Shown here: positions 16,849-24,481 of the stretch, in pieces
Layout of the letters: each line of letters starts with the position of its first letter
How positions within the stretch are numbered: position 1 is the stretch's first letter
Assembly (NCBI RefSeq): GCF_008065095.1
Contig: NZ_CP042911.1
Location: 3,360,001-3,392,000 of the forward strand
DNA length: 32,000 nt
Reading direction: 5' to 3'
Source of the DNA: Gemmata obscuriglobus
GTDB lineage: Bacteria > Planctomycetota > Planctomycetia > Gemmatales > Gemmataceae
Notes under the pieces: generated by a model
The model's input: only the letters and a program-made list of their open reading frames with translations
Database searches by the model: none
What the model was told of the DNA's origin: nothing
Translations under genes and position numbers: made by a program

Positions 16849-17781
16849 ATGAAGCTCTACATCCGCACTCAGGCCGCTGGCGAGCGGCGTGAACACGTCC
16901 AGTTCGATGAGTGTTACGAGGTGCGATCGCAAGCCGAATGGAGAGCCCACATCGAAGCTGTCGGTGCGAACATCATCACGTCCGTGCTGAAACCCGATGA
17001 GCATCGGTTCCAAATCCGCGGCAAGCACCTTTACACCAAGTCGCACCCGCACGAAACGCATTACACTTACGATTCCGAACTCCATGCGAGCTACCGTGAG
17101 GCCGCGAAGAAGCTCGCGCGCCGGCTCGAACCCGTTCTACACGGCACGCGGCGGTGTCTCGTGTACCTGCCGCTCCGCGGCGCGCTCCCGATCTGGCGGG
17201 CGGTGCGGGTCCACCTCAGCGCCGATGCCCGCGCTCGGTGTGAGGAGTACCACGCGGTCACGTCGAGCTTCGTGGCGTACCCCGAAGGGCTCAACATTCG
17301 TGGCCCGGGTGTGCGCGCCAGCGGTCGCTATGCGAACATCCTCGAACTGCGCCGGCTCCGCGACTGGTGCATCCGGTCGATGGGCTTTGATCACCTCCTT
17401 TACGTGGACGAAATCATCTCGGGCGGGATGATGCGGGGGCACGTCAACGAGATGATGGACCTTGGCGTTACGAGCCTCCTACCGGTAACGGTAGCGGCCC
17501 TCGCGGACTCGTTCGGTACGCGCTCGAAGGCGAACGGTTACCTCAACGGCCTCGCGGCCACCGGCAAGATCCATGCGTTCCTCTGGGAGGGTTGCCACAC
17601 TCTCGTTTCCGAGGACCAAAAGTTCACGCTCGGAACGCACTTCGTCGATCACGCCTTCGGCCCGCACGTCGTTCCCGTTCTCACAGACCAACTGTCTTGG
17701 TTCGACGAAAAAGCCCGCTTCGATCTCGATGTGGTCGGCGCGGTGGAGCCGTTCGCGCCGGTTGATGATGAACGGCTCTGA
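16849..17781 (+). CDS. phosphoribosyltransferase (PRTase)-like protein with ~85-aa N-terminal extension, island gene D
   Basis: 310 aa. A PRPP-loop-like motif is present (HLLYVDEIISGGMMRG: hydrophobic strand, acidic pair, then SGG). An upstream VYLPLRGALPIWRAV element resembles the RAG/RGG loop of type I PRTases. The first ~250 nt are visibly lower in GC (hand count 55-62% per 60-nt line, versus ~77% in one hisD line). Confidence 0.65.
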   Translation: MKLYIRTQAAGERREHVQFDECYEVRSQAEWRAHIEAVGANIITSVLKPDEHRFQIRGKHLYTKSHPHETHYTYDSELHASYREAAKKLARRLEPVLHGTRRCLVYLPLRGALPIWRAVRVHLSADARARCEEYHAVTSSFVAYPEGLNIRGPGVRASGRYANILELRRLRDWCIRSMGFDHLLYVDEIISGGMMRGHVNEMMDLGVTSLLPVTVAALADSFGTRSKANGYLNGLAATGKIHAFLWEGCHTLVSEDQKFTLGTHFVDHAFGPHVVPVLTDQLSWFDEKARFDLDVVGAVEPFAPVDDERL

Positions 17782-17811
17782 CAAGACGACAGTTGTGGCC
17801 TTCAGTGTGGC

Positions 17812-17839
17812 CCGCTCGCTCCGCGAGCGGTGCTTTGCG
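17812..17839 (+). terminator. candidate intrinsic terminator after island gene D
   Basis: The stem is ccgctcgc (17812-17819) / gcgagcgg (17823-17830). The loop is tcc. It is followed by tgctttgcg, a weak U-tract. Confidence 0.45.
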
Positions 17840-17904
17840 CGTCAAATTAATCGTATCCAATGCGATTTGCACGATGTTGCAACCACTCGTTTCGCGGGGC
17901 TCAC

Positions 17905-17951
17905 TCAAAAAGCGTCACCCGGCCGGCTCGCTTTCGCCGGTCGGGTGACGC
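17905..17951 (-). terminator. rho-independent terminator of the PP2C phosphatase gene
   Basis: A 16-bp stem gcgtcacccggccggc (17912-17927) / gccggtcgggtgacgc (17936-17951) has one mismatch and an 8-nt loop. On the minus strand it is followed by TTTTT (17907-17911). It lies 19 nt after the stop at 17970. Confidence 0.65.
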
Positions 17952-17969
17952 CTTGAGTGTGGCCACTGG

Positions 17970-19286
17970 CTACTTCGCTTTGCTGCCTTCCGTTCGCTTC
18001 ACGACCACCAGCGTGCGGTCGTCGGCCGGCGTCGTGCCCGAGGTGAACAGCGCGTGCGACGCCAGGATCGAACGCAGCAGCGCGTTCGCCGTCGGGAGGC
18101 AGGTCTCCAGCTCCTCGTCGATCCGGGCGGAGCCGAACACGTCGCCGTCCGTGTTCACCGCCTCAATCACCCCGTCGGTGAACAGCACCACCTGATCGCC
18201 GGGGAGCAGCGGAAGCGTCTGTTCGAGGTACACTTCATCGGGCTTGATCCCGAGCGGCAGCTTCTGGGCGCGGTTGAGCGCGAGCTTGAACCCGTCCGCA
18301 CAGCGCAAGAGGCGCGGCGGGTTGTGACCCGCGCTCGCGTAGCTCAGGGTCGCGTTGATCGGGTCGAAGACGGCGTAGAAGGCGGTCATGAAGCTGCCCG
18401 TCGGGCGGGTGTACCGCCGCGTCAGGTGCGCGTTCATGTAGGTCAGGAACTCGCCCGGCCGCTGCGGCGGTTCGGGGCGCGTGTGGGCGATGCTGTGGGC
18501 CAGTGCCATCAGCACCGCCGCGGGCGCGCCGTGGCCGCTAGCGTCGGCGATCAGCACGCCCAACCGGTCGTTCGGCAGCGGGAAGAAGTCGTAGTAGTCG
18601 CCCCCGGCCCGCTTCGCCGTTTGGTAGTGGACGGCCACGTCCAGGTGCGGGACCTTCGGCAGGGCGGCCGGCAGCAGCGACTTCTGGATCTCCGCGATCG
18701 ACCGCAGTTCGTAGTCGAGCCCGTCGAACGCTTCCTTCACCGCCTGCGACAGCACCACCGTTTGCGTCGCCCGGGCGAACAGGTTGCTCAGCAGCAGCAG
18801 GTCCGGGACCCGCTCGCGCGGGAACGTGTCCACATCGTCGCGGGTGGCGATCACCATGTTCTGCGACGGGCCGCTCTCGACGTGCGGGATAGCGACCAGG
18901 GACCGCTGGCCGGCGAGGTACTCGCTCGCGGGGTCGTCCGGTTCGAGCCGCAGGTTGTCGATGACGCGCGGCTGGTCGGCGTACAGCAACTCGGCTAACA
19001 GCCCGCCGTGGTGCATGGGCAAGCGGTGCTGCTCCTTCCACGGGTTGACCGGCTCGTTCCACTGGCTGAATCGCGTGACCCGGTACTCCGGGTCGCGCAG
19101 CCCGCGGCGCGAGATGGTCAGGTGCCGGCTGACGGGGAACAGTTGCACCATGCGGCGCGCGAACACCGCGTACATCTCTTGGGGGTCGGCGGCGCGACTC
19201 AGTTCGCGCATCACCTCCACGCTGACGGCCAGCCTTGCCCGCCAGTTCCGCGGTTCGGTATCGAAGAAATCGGCTGCCACGGTCAT
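17970..19286 (-). CDS. GAF domain-containing PP2C-family (SpoIIE/RsbU-like) serine phosphatase
   Basis: 438 aa. The C-terminal half has SpoIIE motifs: QKSLLP..LP, GGDYYDFFPL, LGVLIADASGHGAPAAVLMA, TAFYAVFDP, YASAGHNPP, LFTDGVIEA and DDRTLVVVKR. The N-terminal ~180 aa look GAF-like. Confidence 0.85.
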   Translation of the reverse strand: MTVAADFFDTEPRNWRARLAVSVEVMRELSRAADPQEMYAVFARRMVQLFPVSRHLTISRRGLRDPEYRVTRFSQWNEPVNPWKEQHRLPMHHGGLLAELLYADQPRVIDNLRLEPDDPASEYLAGQRSLVAIPHVESGPSQNMVIATRDDVDTFPRERVPDLLLLSNLFARATQTVVLSQAVKEAFDGLDYELRSIAEIQKSLLPAALPKVPHLDVAVHYQTAKRAGGDYYDFFPLPNDRLGVLIADASGHGAPAAVLMALAHSIAHTRPEPPQRPGEFLTYMNAHLTRRYTRPTGSFMTAFYAVFDPINATLSYASAGHNPPRLLRCADGFKLALNRAQKLPLGIKPDEVYLEQTLPLLPGDQVVLFTDGVIEAVNTDGDVFGSARIDEELETCLPTANALLRSILASHALFTSGTTPADDRTLVVVKRTEGSKAK

Positions 19287-19673
19287 TTGCCGCCTCCGCG
19301 GCCGAGATGCGGGGTCTCACAATCCGTCGCACGCACGGGCGAGCACGAGAGGTCGGCTCCAGTAGACCCGCGCACGGGACCGAACGCAAGCGCGAGGTTC
19401 GGGTTTCACCGTTTCGCCACAACGCCGGCTGCGACGGTAGCCCGGCTAACGGCGTTCAGTGAACTAACCCGAGGGTGATTACGGCTCGCAGTCACGTGTT
19501 GTTCGCCGCCGATCGTGACCTGGGATACATCACCCGGTGTAACCCACCTTTCACAATTATTCAGAAAAGCACTAAATTAATGCACTATCGGAATCGCAAA
19601 GTGTCATTCGTCACAACCTGCATTGTCGGAATGGTTTACACCACCGATTTTGCTTAACGCGTGCCGCCGTTCC

Positions 19674-19702
19674 TTGCATCGCGACGCGTGAACCCGTATA
19701 AC
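19674..19702 (+). promoter_or_regulatory. candidate sigma70-type promoter upstream of hisD
   Basis: TTGCAT (19674-19679), a 17-nt spacer, then TATAAC (19697-19702). It lies in a lower-GC divergent intergenic region, ~105 nt upstream of the hisD ATG. This is sequence pattern only. Confidence 0.3.
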
Positions 19703-19806
19703 GAGGGAAACATGTGCCCGGTGTGCGGTTAGCACAATCTGGGGCGTGCCATGATGTCCCGCTCGGGCAGGTGGCCCCTCTTCACGCTGCCTGCGAGGTT
19801 CAACAG

Positions 19807-21231
19807 ATGCCAGCACTCAAGCTGCGGCGGATCGACCTTTCAGCCAACAACGCCGCGGCCCAGATCCTTAAGCTTCGCGACCAGTTTCGCACCGATGCCG
19901 ACATCTCATCGGCCGCCAGTAAGAAGAGGACTCTTGCCGTGTTCGGTGAGGCCCTGTCCCCGACGCGGGCCGTCGAACGCATTTGCAACGAAGTCCGAGA
20001 GAAGGGGCTGTCCGCGGCCCTGCATTACACCGAGCAATTCGATGGCGTGAAGCTGAAGTCCGACCAACTCAAGGTGAAGCCGGCGGAACTCGCCGAGGCC
20101 CACGCCAACGTCGGTGCCGACTTCCTCGAAGTCATCAAACAGATCCGGTACAACGTCGTTCAGTTCCAGTCCGGGTTGCTCCAGCGCGACGCGGTGATGC
20201 CGGTTTCCGGCAAGCACGAACTGACGGTGCGTTACCGGCCCCTGAAGCGGGTCGGCGTGTACTGCCCCGGCGGCGCCGCGGCGTACCCCTCGACGCTGCT
20301 CATGACCGTCTGCCCCGCGCAGGTGGCCGGGGTGGAGCAGATCGTCGTCTGTATGCCGCCCAACGCCACCGGCGGGTACAACCGCGAGATGCTCGCGACC
20401 TGTTACGAACTGGGCATCACCGAGGTGTATCGGCTCGGCGGCGCGCAGGCCATCGCCGCAATGGCCTATGGCGTGGAGGGGATCAAGCCGGTCGATATGA
20501 TCGTCGGTCCGGGCAACCAGTACGTCGCCCTGGCGAAGAAGCACGTGTTCGGGCAAGTGGCGATCGACTGCATCGCCGGCCCGAGCGAGGTGGTGGTGCT
20601 GGCCGACTACTCGGCCCACCCCGATTACGTCGCGCTCGACCTGATCGCGCAAGCCGAACACTCCCCGGGCGTCGCCGTGCTGGTCACCTGGCACGAGCAA
20701 CTCCTGGAAGAGATCCAGGACGCGCTTCAGAAGCGGCTGGCGAAACTCTCGCGCGGCGAACTGGCCCGTGAGAGCCTGGAGCGGTACGGCGCGCTCGTGT
20801 TCGCCCCGGACGAGCAGGCGGCCATCGACTGCACTAACGCGCTGGCGCCTGAGCACCTGCACATCCAGACCAAGGACCCCGAAGCCATCCTGGAGCGCAT
20901 CGACAACGCCGGGGCGGTGTTCCTCGGCCCGTTCACGCCGGTCGCGGTGGGCGACTACGCCGCCGGCCCGAGTCACGTGCTCCCCACCGGCGGCACCGCC
21001 CGGTTCGCGAGCGGCCTGACCACCAACGACTTCCGCAAGCGCACCAGCGTCATGCACTTCACCCGCAACGGGCTGAAGGAGATCGCGTCGGATGTGATCT
21101 TCCTGGCCAACAAGGAAGGGCTGACCGGCCACGCCGCCAGCGTCGAACTGCGGGCCAACGACAACGGCCCGATGAACCGGCCCAAGCCGAAGCCGGATAA
21201 GGTGCCCGCCGCCACGACCGCCAAGAAGTGA
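19807..21231 (+). CDS. hisD: histidinol dehydrogenase
   Basis: ATG at 19807 lies in frame within track ORF 19714..21231. The blocks PLKRVGVYCPGG.AAYPSTLLM, IAAMAYG, IVGPGNQYVALAKK, IAGPSEVVVLAD, QAEHSP and APEHLHI are canonical HisD. Confidence 0.9.
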   Translation: MPALKLRRIDLSANNAAAQILKLRDQFRTDADISSAASKKRTLAVFGEALSPTRAVERICNEVREKGLSAALHYTEQFDGVKLKSDQLKVKPAELAEAHANVGADFLEVIKQIRYNVVQFQSGLLQRDAVMPVSGKHELTVRYRPLKRVGVYCPGGAAAYPSTLLMTVCPAQVAGVEQIVVCMPPNATGGYNREMLATCYELGITEVYRLGGAQAIAAMAYGVEGIKPVDMIVGPGNQYVALAKKHVFGQVAIDCIAGPSEVVVLADYSAHPDYVALDLIAQAEHSPGVAVLVTWHEQLLEEIQDALQKRLAKLSRGELARESLERYGALVFAPDEQAAIDCTNALAPEHLHIQTKDPEAILERIDNAGAVFLGPFTPVAVGDYAAGPSHVLPTGGTARFASGLTTNDFRKRTSVMHFTRNGLKEIASDVIFLANKEGLTGHAASVELRANDNGPMNRPKPKPDKVPAATTAKK

Positions 21232-21342
21232 CACCACACCCGATTGAAGAGTAATCCCCTTCTGGGGTCGGCCTCACATCGGCCGGCTCCAGAATACGGC
21301 GTGGATACGGATCAATCGGCTTCGACTCTCGGACCTCCCCCG

Positions 21343-22413
21343 ATGACCGTTCGACCCAACGTCCGCGCCATGTCCGGCTACGTCCCGGGCGAGCAGCTCA
21401 ACGACCCCGAAATCGTCAAGCTGAACACGAACGAGAACCCGTACCCGCCCAGCCCGCGGGTGTTCGAGGCCGTCCGCGCGGCGCTCACGCCGAACAGCCT
21501 GCGCAAGTACCCGCAGCCCCTCGGCGACACGTTCCGCAAGGCCGCCGGCCGCGTGCTGAACGTCGATCCCGACGCCATCCTGATCGGCAACGGCTCCGAC
21601 GACATCCTGACCATCCTGACGCGCGCGTTCGTGCCCGAGGGCGGGCTGATCGCGTCCCCGACCCCCAGCTACATCCTCTACAAGAGCCTCGCGGAGATTC
21701 AGGGGGCGCGGTTCGCGGCTGTCCCGCTCACGGCGGACTGGCAGCCGGACGCCGACCGCTGGCCGCGCGACGCGCACCTCTCGTTCGTACCCAACCCGAA
21801 CTCGCCGTCCGGTACCGTCATCGCACCCGCGCAACTGGCTGCGTTGGCTGGGCTCGTTTCCCCGGCCCCGTTTGTCTGCGACGAGGCCTACGCCGATTTC
21901 GCCGACGGCAACAGCTTGGCACTGCTCCCGAGTGTGCCGAACCTTATCGTCACACGCACGATGAGCAAGTCGTACGCGCTGGCGGGTATCCGGTTCGGGT
22001 TCGCGGTCGCCCGCCCCGAACTCGTGCGCGAGTTGGTCAAGGTAAAAGACTCCTACAACTGCGACGTGCTGAGCCTGGCCGCAGCGACTGCGGCGATCGA
22101 AGACCAGGACTATTTCCGCGACATCCGCGCGAAGATCCGCGCCACCCGCGACCGGATGACAACCGACCTCACCGCCCTTGGGTTCGAGGTGACGCCCAGC
22201 CACGCGAACTTCGTGTGGTGCCGCCGCGCGGACCGCGCTCTCAAGCCGATTTACGAGGCACTCAAAGCGCGGAAGATCCTGGTGCGGTACATGAGCTACG
22301 CCGCCGGGCCGGTCGGGCACCCGGAGGGCTCGGCTTACGACGGCCTCCGAATCTCGGTCGGAACCGATACGGAAATCGACCAACTGTGCGCCGCACTGCG
22401 GACCTTTCTCTGA
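21343..22413 (+). CDS. hisC: histidinol-phosphate aminotransferase
   Basis: ATG at 21343 (MTVRPNVRAMSGYVPGEQ..VKLNTNENPYPPSP). A PLP-lysine region TMSKSYALAGIRFGF is present. The length and motifs are typical of HisC. Confidence 0.9.
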   Translation: MTVRPNVRAMSGYVPGEQLNDPEIVKLNTNENPYPPSPRVFEAVRAALTPNSLRKYPQPLGDTFRKAAGRVLNVDPDAILIGNGSDDILTILTRAFVPEGGLIASPTPSYILYKSLAEIQGARFAAVPLTADWQPDADRWPRDAHLSFVPNPNSPSGTVIAPAQLAALAGLVSPAPFVCDEAYADFADGNSLALLPSVPNLIVTRTMSKSYALAGIRFGFAVARPELVRELVKVKDSYNCDVLSLAAATAAIEDQDYFRDIRAKIRATRDRMTTDLTALGFEVTPSHANFVWCRRADRALKPIYEALKARKILVRYMSYAAGPVGHPEGSAYDGLRISVGTDTEIDQLCAALRTFL

Positions 22414-22454
22414 TTCACGGTTCGGTTGCGGGTGCCCGTTTTTGGCTAATACCC

Positions 22455-22522
22455 TTGTGGCACAGACATTCCTGTCTGTGCTGTCTTCTCACGCCGCACA
22501 GACAGGAATGTCTGTGCCACAA
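22455..22522. repeat. nested-palindrome (REP-like) element, copy 2 (hisC-hisB spacer)
   Basis: The two 27-nt arms are identical to copy 1 (TTGTGGCACAGACATTCCTGTCTGTGC ... GCACAGACAGGAATGTCTGTGCCACAA). The spacer is again 14 nt but has a different sequence (tgtcttctcacgcc). Confidence 0.8.
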
Positions 22523-22625
22523 ATAACAGACACCACCCGGACCGTGTAGGAGCCGGGGATCGCGCTCCATCGGGATCAGGTGACTGGAAGGACACGCCAC
22601 GCCGGCAAGGACTAAGCGAGCGACT

Positions 22626-23213
22626 ATGCCCCGTACCGCACGTATCCAGCGCAAGACGAACGAGACCGAGATCGACCTGACGTTGAACCTCGACGGCACC
22701 GGCACCGCTCAGTTGGCGACCGGCGTCGGGTTCTTCGACCACATGCTGACGCACATCGCGCGGCACGGGCTGTTCGACCTGTCGGTGAGCTGCAAGGGCG
22801 ACCTGCACATCGACGCGCACCACACGGTCGAGGACGTGGGCATCTGCTTCGGCAAGGCGCTGGTTCAGGCGCTCGGCGATAAGGCCGGCATCCGGCGGTT
22901 CGGGGACTGCACGCTCCCGATGGACGACGTGCTGGCGACCGCCGCCGCGGACCTGAGCGGGCGCCCGTACCTCGTGTGGCGCGCGAACGTCCCGCTGGAA
23001 ACGCTCGGATCGTTCTCCTCACAACTGGCGGAGGAGTTCTGGCGCGCCGCGAGTTCGACGGGGCTGTTCAACCTGCATGTTGTGTTGCACCACGGCCACA
23101 ACACGCACCACATCGTCGAAGCCATTTTTAAGGCGTGCGCCCGTGCGCTCCGCGCGGCGGTGGAACCGGACCCGCGGTCCACCGCGGTGCCGTCCACGAA
23201 GGGCGTTCTCTAG
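22626..23213 (+). CDS. hisB: imidazoleglycerol-phosphate dehydratase
   Basis: 195 aa. The blocks RKTNETEI..L.LDGTG, TGVGFFDHML, GDLHIDAHHTVEDVGI and HHGHNTHHIVEAIFKA are canonical IGPD motifs. Confidence 0.9.
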   Translation: MPRTARIQRKTNETEIDLTLNLDGTGTAQLATGVGFFDHMLTHIARHGLFDLSVSCKGDLHIDAHHTVEDVGICFGKALVQALGDKAGIRRFGDCTLPMDDVLATAAADLSGRPYLVWRANVPLETLGSFSSQLAEEFWRAASSTGLFNLHVVLHHGHNTHHIVEAIFKACARALRAAVEPDPRSTAVPSTKGVL

Positions 23214-23368
23214 CCCGTCGCGCCCCCGCTCCTATACTCACGACTTCGAGAACCGGACCCGGTCGTTAAGGGTCCGCCCGCGCGCAGGTCGCACTTGCCG
23301 ATTTCGCTCGGAACGCGCTTTCGCGCGCCGGTACGGACGGTTAAACTCCCGACGGTGAGGACACGGAC

Positions 23369-24328
23369 GTGGCAAAGAAACCAGCGGCCCCGGTTCCGGT
23401 TGCCGAACTTGTGCGGCTCGCGCTGTTGAACGTCGCGAACGCCACCGGCGACGTGAAACTCGGCGGCAAGGGCGGGCTGTTCCCCACCGCGAGCGGCCCG
23501 AACAAAGAGGCGGCCGACGCGTGCATGACCGCCGCCGTCCCCCTGCTGACGGTACTCCGGACCGAGGGGAAGGCGCAGATCGTCGGGCTGACGCCGGCGG
23601 GCTTCGAGCGGATCGCGGGCGAACTCGCCGAGGACAAGGTCGGACCGCTCGCGAAAGCGATCGCGGCAGCGGCACCGGCCGCGGCGCGGATCGAGTTCAT
23701 TCAGTCGGTAATCGGTCGAACTCCGTTCGCGGCGCCGGAACTGACTCCGCTGCTCGAAGAGGCGGTTGCGGCCGAAAAAGCCGAGCAAGAAGCGAGAATT
23801 GAAGCGGCGAAGAAGCGCCGCGAGGCGGAAGAGATCGCGCTCGCCGCACTGGAACGGGCGAAAGCCCTGCTCGAAGAGCGCCGCCGGAACCGGCTCGACG
23901 CGCTGCGTCGCGAATACGAACTCGAAGGCGCGAAGGCGACCGAGTTGCCCGAGCCCGCGCCGCGTGTGGAACCGCGCCCGGAGCCGAAGGCCGCCGCGCC
24001 CGCACCGGCATCGGCTCCGGAACCCAAGACGGACGAGGAGCGCGACTTCCGGCGGTACACCGCGGACCGACTCGCCGCCGCGTGGCGCGACGCCTGGACC
24101 GACGGGAAGACCGAGGGCCGCGACTACCTCGAAACGGCGATGTGGAACATCCGCGGGATGCAAATGATCGGCGAGCCCGGGCAGCAGATCGCGTTCAACG
24201 GCCGGGTCCACGAATCGGAGCAGCCGGCCGCCCCGGGAGACCCGCTCACCGTGCTGCGCCCGGGCTGGCTGCTCAAGACCGACGACGAGGATTACGTCGC
24301 GCTGAAGGCCGCGGTCGGCGACCTGTGA
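23369..24328 (+). CDS. hypothetical coiled-coil protein with GrpE-like C-terminal domain (319 aa)
   Basis: The GTG start has GGTGAGGA upstream. The N-terminal ~110 aa are globular. A long charged helix follows (AEKAEQEARIEAAKKRREAEEIALAALERAKALLEERRRNRLDALRREYELEG), then a Pro/Ala linker. The C-terminus is RGMQMIGEPGQQIAFNGRVHES....PGDPLTVLRPGWLLKTDDEDYVALKAAV. It resembles the GrpE beta-domain pattern G.e.I...G..FdP..HeA....PG.vv.V...GY.l..r.lRpA.V.V (comparison from memory). Confidence 0.6.
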   Translation: MAKKPAAPVPVAELVRLALLNVANATGDVKLGGKGGLFPTASGPNKEAADACMTAAVPLLTVLRTEGKAQIVGLTPAGFERIAGELAEDKVGPLAKAIAAAAPAAARIEFIQSVIGRTPFAAPELTPLLEEAVAAEKAEQEARIEAAKKRREAEEIALAALERAKALLEERRRNRLDALRREYELEGAKATELPEPAPRVEPRPEPKAAAPAPASAPEPKTDEERDFRRYTADRLAAAWRDAWTDGKTEGRDYLETAMWNIRGMQMIGEPGQQIAFNGRVHESEQPAAPGDPLTVLRPGWLLKTDDEDYVALKAAVGDL

Positions 24329-24356
24329 TACCCGTGTCGGCCGGTTGTGATCATTT

Positions 24357-24429
24357 TTGTGTCACGGACGCGCGCGTCCGTGTGCCTTCAGCGCCCGAAG
24401 CCGCACCGACCGGAACGTCGGTGCCACAA
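24357..24429. repeat. divergent member of the nested-palindrome family, copy 3
   Basis: The left arm is TTGTGTCAC-GGACG-CGCG-CGTCC-GTGTGC (24357-24385). A 17-nt spacer follows. The right arm is GCAC-CGACC-GGAA-CGTCG-GTGCCACAA (24403-24429). The termini match copies 1 and 2 (TTGTGKCAC / GTGCCACAA). The inner hairpin stems differ but remain self-complementary. Confidence 0.6.
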
Positions 24430-24481
24430 AGACCAAGCGCCAGTAACGGGCGCTCATAACCGGACCGGTGTGAGGTTCTCA

